Assembly: GCA_020536535.1 (NCBI GenBank)
Contig: JAHLWZ010000508.1
Span: 27,025 to 91,024, forward strand
Reading direction: 5' to 3'
DNA from: Pelomyxa schiedti
Taxonomy: Eukaryota > Protista > Evosea
Length of the DNA: 64,000 nucleotides
Of this stretch, positions 1 to 12,400 are shown one piece after another. The position numbers and the translations under genes were made by a program. The stretch's first letter is position 1, and every line of letters starts with the position of its first letter. Below the pieces are notes generated by a model that ran no database searches, was not told where the DNA came from, and saw only the letters and a list, made by a program, of their open reading frames with translations.

Positions 1-3000
1 TTATTGTGGTTGTTATAAGTTGAGCACGATCCTCCTGACTGCTTAGTTGGGAGTACTTGTGGAGGAATGGGGATAATGTGGTGCTTGTTTGAAGAGTCGT
101 ACTCAGATGTTCTTTGAGCAGACTTAACCACCGGGTATTGTGGCGAAGTTGTGGGAAGGAAGAAAAGAACTCTGGAAGAGACAAGTCAGAAAGACAGACA
201 ACTGGGTGATATGACAGCGGAAGAGGGTCCCGAGAAAGGAGAGCTGTAATAGCAGTTATTGCATCCAAAATTGGTATCGGAATGATGCCCTGAAGCTCAG
301 CTTGAAGTTGAGCTTCGCTGCTTAGCCTTGCAAACATACCAGCACCACCACTAATTGGACCTAGATTGATTGTTGTACAGGGTAAGCCATGTGCATGTCT
401 AAACTGTGACAGAATATCAAGGAATGTGTTTGCGGCCGCGTAATTTGTTTGGCCAGCTGTACCAGTAAGGGAAGACAGTGAAGATGTAAGAATCAGGTTG
501 CGAATAGGAGTGGATAGTGAAGAACAATGGAGATTCCAAGCACCAAATACTTTGGGCAACATCACAGAGAGCATGGAAGTCTGAGTTTGACGAGGGATAG
601 CCGCATCACAAAGGACACCGGCGCAGTGAACAACAGATACGTCACTGCCAGCATGACGAGTAAACAATTTGCCCACAAATACGGAGTCAGAGATGTCACC
701 TTGTTCATAAACAATACGGGTGTTATGTGTGGAGGAAACATGCTGGAGAAATTCAACTTGAGAAGGAGGAATACTATTCCGCGAGACGAGCGTGATTGAA
801 GAAGCACCACAGGTTGCCAGAAAACAGGCTAACTGATGTCCAATCCCACCGCTAGCCCCAGTGATGATGAATTTTCCTCCCACGATGTTGTGTGTAGTAG
901 ATGAAAAGTCTCCCTTGAGATCCACAGGGGTAAAATCTAAGACTACCTTCCCTATGTGCCTACATACAGAAGTTAGAGGAGACAGGAAAGAAATGTGCAT
1001 ACTTGGCTTGTGCCATATAGCGGAAGGCAGAGGCCGCTTCATCGGCTCGGAACGGAGTGAAAGGAAGTGGTTTGTATTCTCCTTTTTGAAATTTATCCAT
1101 AACATCATTCAATAACTTCAGGCCACACTGTGGGTTGGTGGCAAAAAGAGCATCAATGGCAACGATATGGAAGCTGCAATTATCAGCAAGCTTTCTCATT
1201 CCAATTTGAGAGTTTTCATATACATCCCGCTTTCCTATTTCTATGAAGCGCCCGGATGGCTTGAGGAGTGACAAGGAAGCATCTAAAAGATCTCCAGAAA
1301 GTGAATTCAATACAACATCAACACCGGCACCATTTGTTGCTTTTTTCACTTCCTCTACAAAAGAGGCTGAACGAGAATCAAATACATACTTGACTCCAAG
1401 TTCTTCCATCAAAAACGTTCTTTTCTCTGTTGTACCAACTGTGGTGATAACGGAGCAGCCACAATTCTGTGCAACTTGTATTGCTGCAAGTCCAACCCCT
1501 CCAGCGCCCGCATGTATTAGGATAGTATCATCTCTCCTTATTCGCGCAATGTCCACTAGAGCATAATGTGCTGTAGTAAATACCCCAAGTATACTGGCAG
1601 CTTGTGGTCCAGAAAGAGTTTTTTCGGGTATCCGAACAACAGCCTGAGCTGGTAATGTCAAGTGTGAAGCAAAGCACCCCACATACATTGCTGCAACTGG
1701 ATCACCAACACACAGTCCAGTTACACTGCTTCCACATCTTTGGACCACCCCTGCACACTCGCCTCCAATAACTGATGTTGCGTTCTCCACTGGATACATC
1801 CCCAAGGCGATCATCACGTCACGGAAATTGAGTGCAGCGTGAGTAACATGGATCTCTACCTCGTTGTGTGCAGGTGCTTTCCGTGCAATGTCATTTGTCA
1901 ACACAAGGCTGTCCAAATTACCCGGATTTCTAAGGCTCAGATGGCACATAGTGCTATTCCCAGTTGTTGGGCTTGTCAAATTGTTGAAATTCATATCCTC
2001 ATGATTGATATCCAGGAAGTATTGTTCCTTGCTTCTGAGTACGATATCACTTGAAAGATTTCCAAGTGGCTCTGATGCCATATTTGTTCCTTTGTATTGA
2101 CAACGAATTGTCTGTATCAATGAAGATTCATTCCCTGGAAGGAAATCTACTACAACTGGGCTTAATTGACTTGCCTCCTGAACTACAACACTGGATACTC
2201 CCCGGAGAGCACCTTGTATCAAGGCGTTTGTTGTTCCAGCTTCTCCGGGCATAACAGCTCCATTTGTGGTAACTATCCACAACTTCCACTTGACAGAGTC
2301 TTCTTTAACAGTTTGCAGAGTTTCAAGGATTATCTGAATAAGGGCTAGTAGAGCGGTAGAACTTTTCACTACTTCTTGAGGAACGGAGGAAATAGCAGGA
2401 GCATCTCGATATTTATCTGCGAATCGGCAATCAACAATATTAACTACAAAGTTTGACATGTTTGCTGAAGGGAGCGATTCTGTCTTGAATGTATTTACAG
2501 CAACTTCTTTAGGAAATTGAAAGTCAAGATCAGTGGCAATAGTAGCTGCTGGTTGCAATTGCGCCATCAACAAAGTAGATAAAAACCCAGATTTCTCGCC
2601 AACAATAATGAACTTATTCAAGTTTTGAGGAGTATCAGGTTGTTCAAGAATCTTAACCCATGCTGGAATTAAGACTTTCTGTGTGGCCTTGGGTTTTGGC
2701 ACACGTTTGCTGACGAAATTGACAATAGAAAGAACTTCTTCATTCCCATGAAAAGTATGCACATTGCCAGAAAGTGCACCCCCTTCAATTTTGATTGACG
2801 TAATGCAAACTGTTATCTTTTCCCCTTCTTTTAATTCCCTCACAGCTGAAGAAAAGGAAACTTTTCCATATGATGAAGGCAAATAAGCGCATCTTGCACC
2901 ACTTCCCTCAATAAGAGCACCGGCAATGACTTGGCACACAATATCCAAAAAAGCGGGATGCCCGACACAGAATGGTGTGTTCGGGGTAGGAGAACTCAAT

Positions 3001-6000
3001 TCGGGAATAACAATATCAGCCCGCACCTCTCTTTCTCCCGTTGAACTATCGGCTTCGACTTGGAGTCCGGATACACCCTGGAACAGAGGACCATAACTCA
3101 ATCCATAGCGTTTCATGAGTGAATAAAACTGCAGTTGGGTTACAGTTTGTAGTGCTGAACTCGGAGGACTAAAAGTAATGCCGGAAAATTTATTTGTGGG
3201 AATTGAGCAGCACCTTGCTACGGATATCCAGTCTCTGTTGCTTCCCCCTCGCATGTGAATAAAAACATCCAGCCTACTCCTTCCTCTGGGGTGTGCTACA
3301 GTAACTTGAAGAACTACTTGTTCTTCTCCCACAAGAGGAACCATGTGCAATAACTCAATGTCTTGAAGCTCAAAAGAGACAGGTCCTTTCTCGGAATTTT
3401 TTCTCCCGATACCGCAGAAGACTCGTTGTGAAGCTTCTGCTAGAATCTCAATGAATAGTGTGCCGGGTAAAACAATGCCACCACTAATAACGTGATCCTT
3501 CAGGAAGGGATGGCGGCACAAATCAATCTCCACCAGAAAAATGGAGGAACCTGCTGTAGTTGTGCAGGATGTGAGAAAAGGTGCTTCTAACCTTTCTGCA
3601 TCACCGATAGCACCAATTTTGGGTTTCTCTGGGCAACTCTCTTCAGCACCAGTCACCCAGCAGTGCACACGATTCCAAGCATAACGGGGAGGTGAGATAA
3701 AGCGATACAGACTAGAATTCGGTACAAATCTCCCGAGGTCAACAGCGCACCCAAGAGTATGCAGAGTTGCCCCGACCTGCGAAATAAGCCATGGGTGACA
3801 TACATTCCGCTTCAGAGTTGGTATACAGGAGGGTCGTGGGTCTAGTTTTCGCACATATCCACATAGAAGGGGATGCATGCCAATATCAACAAATACACCC
3901 GAACTTCCAAACTCATTGCCAAGATATTGTAATGCAGACCAGAACTTCACAGGTTGCCGAATTTGGTCTGCCCAATAGCTGCTATCTACTTGCTCATTTA
4001 TAGGCATTCCAGTGAGTGTACTCACCCATAATATTTGGGATTTTTGTGGATGAAGTTGGAGATGGTTGAGGGTATCAAACAGTTGCTGTTTTGCTTTATC
4101 CATGTGGTGGCTATGGTATGCGTAATCAACAGGTAAAACCTTGCAATTAACTTCACCAACCTCTTCATGCAAACGTGCAAGGAAAAGATCCACTGCTTCC
4201 GGATCACCGCTAACAACAGAAGAGGAAGGGGAGTTATCAGAAGCAATACTAACTTGCTTTTCCAATCCCCACTTGTTAATTCGCTCACCAACGTCTGAAG
4301 CTTTCATTTCCAAGTGGGCCATCTTCCCTTTGCCACCAAGTGAGCTGGCAGCTTTTCCACGCTCAACAACAAGTGCAACACTTTCACTGAGACTTAGGCA
4401 TCCACTCATATGAGCAGCACAAACTTCTCCAGTGCTATGACCAATAAATGCTGAGACAGACACCCCAGTTATGTCAAGAATAGACTTGGCAATTGCATAT
4501 TGCAGACAAAATAGTATTGGTTGTGCGTACTCGGCGTTTATCACCTCAGCCTTTGTAGAATCGTTAGTAAGGACCTCTTTGACACTCCAGCCAGTGTTTT
4601 GTTTCACTAAGCCATCAACCTCCGCGAAATGAGTTGCAAAACTTCCCAGATTTAGTCCCACAAGTTCATTGACAAGACTTCCTATTCCTTCCCACCAACC
4701 TCCTTGGCCTGAAAACATGAATACCACCTTGGGTGATCTCAAGGCCTTGTTTTCCACTGCGAAAGCGGTTGGAGAGGAAGCGGTTGAAGCCTGAGTTCCA
4801 CGCAAAATTGATGCAAGTGCCGAAGCACTTTCAGCAACAGCAACGTATCGCTTTGCATGTTGTGCGCGGCGAAGAGATGCTGATACACATATGTCATGTA
4901 CACATTCTGGGGATTTTTGTATGGCATCGGCATAGAGAAGTTGCATGGCGTGCAATGACTTAGATGACTTGGATGAGAGGACCAAAACAGAGTAACTGTC
5001 TGATACATGTTCAGAAGAGTGATTTGCGGGCGGAATATATTCACGCATGCACACATGGCAATTTGCACCCCCAAATCCATAGCTACTTACACCACAGTAT
5101 AAAGGTGATTTCGCACGAAGAGGGGTAAGTGAGGTTACAACTTTCAGATTGGCTGCCTCAAAGTCAATATTAGGGTTTGGGGTTTTGTAGTTAATGGACG
5201 GCGGCAGCAAGCGGTTGTGTAAACATAGTGCCAGCTTTATTACACCGGCTATTCCACTTCCGCATTCAAGATGCCCTATATTCGTTTTTACACTGCCAAT
5301 ATAGCAGCAGTCACCTTCCCTCTTTCCTTTGCCCCCCACTACATTGCCCAGAGCCCGCACCTCAATTGGGTCACCCAAATTTGTTCCGGTTCCATGTGCC
5401 TCAACGTAGGAAACAACGGTAGGATCGATTCCCGCCTGAGCATATCTTAAAAGTTTTAAGCTCATTAATTAGTAAGAAAATTGTAGGTTACGCTTCACGG
5501 AGACAAGCTTCTTGTGCAACTCCACTTGGTGCAGTCATTCCATTACTTCTTCCACAATGATTTACAGCAGAGCCTGCAATCACCGAATATATTTTGGTGC
5601 CTTGTCTTTGTGCATCTTGTAGAGGTAAAAGTATTACGACACCACATCCCTCTCCTCTGACATATCCATCAGCTGCAGCATCGAATGTTTTGCATCTTCC
5701 GTCATGGGACAGCATGCCAGCTTTGCTGAACGTAATACTTATTGCTGGATTGATTAGCGCATTTACACCTCCGACAATGGCGGCAGTACAGCCACCAAAG
5801 CGCATAGCCTTGCATGCAGAATCCAAAGCAATAAGAGATGAACTACAGGCTGTATCCACAGAAACACTTGGCCCTTTAGAGGATGGTGAGATGTAACCCA
5901 ATAGTGCGTTTTGTTACCTTTCAGGTCAAACCAATAAGAGATTCTGTTGGCCGCAATACTCAACGCATTACCTGGACCCCCATATGCATCAATAATACGG

Positions 6001-6460
6001 AAGTTGTTATTGCTGCGGTAAGCATAGTCATTTGTTCCGATTCCCACAAAAACTGCTGTCCTTGAAGAAGAAAGAGTGGAAGGAAGGATTCCAGCATCTT
6101 CCAGTGCTTCGTAAGTACACTCCAATAGCATGCGTTGCTGTAGGGAATTAGGGCTCAAAAAAAATTTCACTCTGAAACCTGTGGGTCCATGTGGGTTGCC
6201 TCTCTATAAGAGATTCCGAAAAACTTGTGGTCAAACATAGAAATGTCATCCACAAAGCAACCCCATTTGGTGTGAAGCTTTCCAGGTTCATTAGTATTCG
6301 CACTATAGAGCAAGTTATTGTCCCAGCGGAGAGTTGGAGTTTCGGATGCAGCACAGATGCCGGAGCATATAAGGTCCCAGAAGGCATCAGGTGTGGGACT
6401 TTTTGGGTATCGGCAGGCCATCCCAACCAGTGCAAATTCGTTTTTGGGAACATCAGCACC
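1..6460 (-). other. PKS extension module 2: KS (~6460-5060, three introns), AT (~4730-3830), DH (~3520-2700), ER (~1950-1010), KR (~885-330); ACP lies beyond the window
   Basis: FALVGMACRYP, MDPQ|QRMLLE, DTACSSS, HGTGT, GHSTGE, DHVISGGIVLPG, HPAFLD, LNFRDV, HAGAGGVG, AK|HIGKVV, ITGASGGIG, HCAGVLCD, NYAAAN. Confidence 0.9.
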
Positions 6461-9400
6461 ACTTAGAATTGTTCGAGAGATTGGGATTGGTAACTCATTT
6501 AAAACTGGTGCCCCAAGGTGTGTAGACAGTTTATCAATAGTTGGGTAGTCAAACAGGTTAATAGGGTTCACCCTGGTTCCCAAAAAGTCACCGAGCTTAT
6601 TACTAATATTAATGGCTGCCATGCTGTCAAAATTAAACTCTTGGAAAGGTGCGGAGCTATCAATTAATGTCGCAGGTGTATGGGAATGCTGTGATACAGC
6701 ATCAATTAAGAAGGCTTTTATCTGTTCAACAGTCTTATGAACTCTTTGAACTTTTTCCTTTGTTTCTGTGGTTTTTGAGTCCTGGTACTGTTTTGATGGG
6801 AGAAGAGGTGAAACAACAGGTTGTGGTTCAAAAAATGACCAGTTGATGTGTGCAGCCATTAGTTGACCACAGACAGGAGACGAAATACAATAATGGAATA
6901 GATTGGAAAAGTCCGCATAAGAAAGAGGTAAAATTCCCCTGGATTCAAGAAGTTCTTGAGCAATCTCACCTACACGGGAAAACATCCCTCCTCCTAGAAC
7001 TGGACCAAGGTTAAGGGCTAGTGCTGGCAACCCCTTCCGCACTCGGCATAGGACTAATTCATCAACAAACGCATTTGCGGAAGCATAATTACATTGTCCG
7101 AGGTTGCCCAAGACTGAAGCCATGGAGGACAGAACGATAAAGAAGTCCAGTTTCTTTTTTTCTGTTGCCTTGTGAAGGTTCCACGCGCCAAGCATTTTTG
7201 GACTTGTAACTGGAGTAAAGTGTGTTTCAAAGTTTGAGATGTCTCTTATGAGCTTATCATTGACAACTCCAGCAGCATGCACAACTCCGCACAAGACCTT
7301 GTGTCTCACATTTTCACAGTCGTCAACAACCCGTGAGATGAAAAGGGGATCAGCAACATCTCCAGTCTCAATGACAATTTCTACATCTCTTTTCCGGAGA
7401 TCATCAATAAGCTGTCGAATCTCCGGCTTGGGTTCATGCTTTCCTAGACACACAATGTTCCTTGCACCACTTTCCACAAGAATCTTCACAATTTCGGACC
7501 CAAGTGCTCCAAAGGCACCTGTGACCATGTAACATCCTGATTCTGGTATAGTCGGTTGCTTTATTCCAAGGGGAGAGGCTCTTTGTAATTGGAATTGCCA
7601 GACTTTTTCGCAGTTTAAGGCGAACTCGGATCCATGTTCGGCATGCAACAAAAGGGACAATACCTGAATAAATTCTTGTTGGGTGGGATTTGATGCCGAT
7701 ATATCAACGTGAAGAAGTACACAATTTTCAGAATACTCTTGGGATGCGCACCTCAGCATACCACAGGCAGAATTTTGAGTGCAAAGAAGGGAAACATCTT
7801 CCTCAGAAAGAGTAGTATTATCCGGGATTGTATTAGAGCATATACCTTTGGTAAGAACAACCAAACGGGTTTTCTTTTTGGGAAGAGACTGTAGGATGTG
7901 AAGTAAACCAGCAAGACACCCATCAATAAGGTCTAGAGTCCATGCAAACACAATGTAGTCTGGATTTACTTCACTGACAACTCGAGAAACGGAATTGTCA
8001 TCAAAAGGGTTTATTTCATTACCCCTGATCTCATTCAGAGGCAGTGTTGTATTGGCAAGGATACAATGTGTTTGAATGCCAAAGGAGTTACTTAGTTGGG
8101 CGATACTATTGCCAGCTCCGCTCTTATCACTCAAAATCAACATAATTCCTTCAGTTGCAGTGAAGCTGGAATGAACTTTTTCCACGGGGAGCCACGTCGG
8201 TGTGTAAAGCATTGATTCAACAGAAACGCTTTCACTGAATTTCTGCCATTCCATACCAGATATTTGGGCTACAATGCTCTCTGGACCATCTTTGTCATGA
8301 AGGGAAATTATAATGTCTCCACATATACTACTTGGAGTGGTGGATGTGATTTTTGAGTGTGAAATCAGAGTACCTCCAGTGTATTTATTTCTCAAATGGA
8401 AGCACCGTACTTTCGATGGGAGATAAATACCCCGACTTCCAATGGTAGGGTTATTTGAGAGTACTGCTGATACTCCCAGTCCTTGTATGCATGCATCCAG
8501 AATTGCCGGATGAAAATTGTAAGACTCAATCTCACCTTGGGATATGGATGAAGGCGGGAGGACAAGGCTAACAGCCTCATCCTTTCCAATCCACAATTCC
8601 CCAAGACCAGAAAAACTGGTACCCAGCACTAACCCACCTCTAACAGCAATCTTTCTGCGAATCGTATTGCCTTTAATGCTCTCTGGTCTACATCTGCTCT
8701 TGATATCTGCAAAAGATTCCCAAGAATGGATTGTTGATACAGAGGTATCCTGAGCCTGTACCACAGCACTGCAGTGATGAGTATCAACATCATTCACTTT
8801 GACGTGACTGGTGAATTTGACTCCAACTCGATGTTGGCTCATATCTCCGTCAAAAGAGACCTTCATCACACGCTGCTCGGAACTGGAGAAAAATAATCCT
8901 CTTACAAATGCTACATCAAACACCACAATTGGGGATACTGAGGGGAAAACTGCTTTTGCGCATGCTAGAGCGCATTCCAGATACAGTACACCCGGGACAA
9001 GGGTCATATCTTGGAAGGCATGGTGCTTCACATAGGACAGCTCTGGGGAAGAGAAGTCTATTTCGCACTCTTTTGAGGCTTCTAGTAGTAGTCCAGAGAG
9101 CGGGTTGGACTGTGCTAATTCCGGCTTGCTTATCCAGCAACGAGTTGGAAGGAAGGGATAGTGTGGAAGATCATGGGAAGAGGCAGCAGGTGTATTGCCG
9201 CACAGTTTTTCTATGTTAACATCAACTCCGCTGGAATATAGCGCAGCTACACAGCGGAACATAGACCTCACAACATTTCTAGGTTCTCGCTCCACAATAG
9301 GGAAGCAAACTGAATCGCTTTCTACAGTCATAGGAATGTGGTTGACCAAGATGGGAACTGGAGAAACCTCTAGGAACACATTACAACCATAGTTACTTTG

Positions 9401-12400
9401 AGCAAGCTTAACAGCCTGATAGAAACGGACAGGAGCAGTTATCTGTTTTACCCAGTAGTCGATATCCACGCCCTCCTTACCCATAGTAGTTACGTCAGCT
9501 GTTGATATCCACACAACATCAGTAGTTGGCGGAGTTCTAAGTAAACCCTGCGCCATAAGAGTGTTCTTGAAGGTAGCTTGAATAGGTTTCATGTGGTGGC
9601 TATGGTATGCATACTTTAAAGAAAGTATTCTCACACCACTTGAGGGAACTATCTTTTCAGAAACAAGTGATTCACATAATAAGTTGACTTTATCACGATC
9701 TCCAGAGATGACACAGGAATTTGGACTATTCTCTACTGCCACAGATACAGTCTCACCGATAGCATGATCGGAAATGTATTTTCTTACAGTGTCACCAGAA
9801 ACTCCACGGAGACTTGCCATTGACCCATCATCATGAACTTGATTCATATTCTCACCTCGGGCCAGAATGAGCATTACTGCATCTCTCAAGGATAGATACC
9901 CGCTGACCCAGGCAGCAACTACTTCTCCAGTACTGTGGCCAATTACAACTTGGGGGTGGTTGACACCCAGTTTCCATAAAGCTTCACATAACGCAACCTG
10001 AATAGAAAACAACGCCGGCTGTGCATATTTGGTTTGCTCCAGTACACTCGCCTGTCCGCTTCTTGCATCCTTCAAAACCTCAATCACACTCCAGCCTACT
10101 TGTTCCCTTATAAGGGAGTCAACGTTCACTAAAGCCTCTGAGAATGGAGGGAAATCAGCTTGTAGTAGTTGCTGGGCCACAGACCACCACTCACTGCCTT
10201 GGCCACAGAAAACCAGGCACAGGTGGGTACCCGAACTTGGCAGAGAGCCGTGCAGAGGGCCCGAGGTCTTGGAATGTGGAGAAATATCAGAGAGTTGCTG
10301 AAGGCAATCCTCAAGACTGTCACACACAACCGCCAAACGGTATTTCAGATGGGCTCTCTTCTTGATTGTGGCAGCACAAACACGAGGCAGGGGAACGCTA
10401 GTGCATTTCAAGAACTCCAAATAACGAGAGGCCAATGCAGGTATTGCGTCGGAACTGGCTGCTGACAGTGCAAGCAAACAGTATGGCAAACAGACTTTGG
10501 CCTGGTCATCCTTTGAGGGGAGAGCAGTGATAGGAGGGCACTTCAGCACTACATGGCAGTTCGTGCCACCAAAACCAAAGCTACTTACTCCTGCACATAC
10601 TGGCCCTGTTGTGCTGCACAGGCTGTGTATAGATTCCACCTCAGTCTGTACACTAACACCCAACCTTTCGAAGGGAATGTGAGGATTTGGCACAGTAAAA
10701 TGCAAGGAAGGCAAGAGCGTCCTATTGTGCAGAATGAGTGCTGTTTTGATGATTCCCGCAATTCCTGCGGCACTCTCCAAGTGTCCAATATTTGTCTTCA
10801 CACTGCCGACTCTCCAACAACAGCTTCCATCAGTTTTGGGCATTCCACCAGCACCACTTCCCCTGAGAGCCCTGCTGAGAGCAGAGGCCTCGATGGGGTC
10901 ACCTAAAGCCGTCCCAGTGCCATGGGCCTCAATGAATGCGATAAGTGGTTTTTGTTCCTCGGAATCGCTTCCAGTTAGCCCTGCATTGTGAAAAGCCATT
11001 GCAATGCACTCCTCTTGAGCAGCTCCATTGGGTGCTGTTAATCCATTGGACTTCCCAACATGGTTTATGGAGTGACCAAGAATGAGGGCATAGATATCGT
11101 CTCCATCACTCAGGGCCCTGTCCAATGTTTTCAGCAGCACAGCACCACATCCTTCTCCCCGGACATAGCCGTCAGCACTTGCATCAAAAGTGTGGCAGCG
11201 TGATCTTGGGGATAGGAAGCCACCACTTTCAAGAACTCGATCAATCTCGGGAGACAGAAGGATGTTTACACCACATGCCAGAGCCGCATCACAGGAACCC
11301 TCTCGCAGGGAAACACAGGCATGGGAAACAGCAACAAGAGATGAACTACATGCAGTATCAATAGAAATACTTGGTGCCCTGGAGTTAAGAAAGTAGCTGA
11401 CTCTATTGGAAGCAACAGCGAGGGAACAACCTGTTGCTGCATAGATACTGACGGATTCACCTTTCGTTCCTCCATAAAATAGCATGTGACTGTACTCAGA
11501 GAAAGAAATGCCCAAAAAGACACCGCACTTTGACAGTAATTGAGTATTTCCAGTTGCTCCAGCATCTTCCAGTGTTTCCCACGCTGTCTCCAGTATAAGC
11601 CTTTGCTGAGGATCCATTGAACAAGCCTCAGCATGAGAAATAGAGAAGAAATTATGGTCGAACTCATCAACTGCTGAAAGATAGCCAGCTTGCCTTTCAT
11701 TCCCCAGGTTTGGGAGGCCACGGCGACGGGAAGAACAAGGGAGTCCTATTGCATCCTGCTTTTCACATAAAAGTCTGTAAAAATCTCGAGGTCCATGTGA
11801 GTTTCCAGGGAAGCGGCACCCTATCCCAACAATGGCAATTTGCTGAGACTGAGAGTGGAGCTGTGGAGTTATATGGAAAGTGGGGCTTGTTGTTAGGAAG
11901 TGAGAAAGAAGAGCAATAGTTGGGTGGTCATAAAGCTCTGTGGGAGAAATTGAACGATGCATCCACTTCTGCAGCTCTGAAGAGAGTTCCACCATGTGAG
12001 TAGATGTGAGTCCAAATTGTGTGAATGGTTGATTAATATCGACATTTTGTGGCTGTGTTTGAAGAAGCCGTGCGATATGAGTTTGCAACCATAACAGTAC
12101 TTCTCTCTCATCTGGTTCTTTCACCTCATTTTGCGGTGGTGCGTAAAGTTGGGGTTCCACAGAAGAGGTTGCTGTGCATGATGTATGGGAGTAAACAGCC
12201 TTAAGCCTGTTATTCAAGAAGGCTGTCTTGGTTGCCGATCGTTGTATTTTACCACTGGTCGTCTTCAAAGCAGATCGTGGAGAGATCAACACAATGTGAG
12301 AAGGGGAGACAGTATGTTCTTCAAAAAGTTTTCTGCAAAATCATTTGAGTCACAAGCCGGACAGGATAGAAACACACTGTTGTATTGCAAGGCAGATTTC

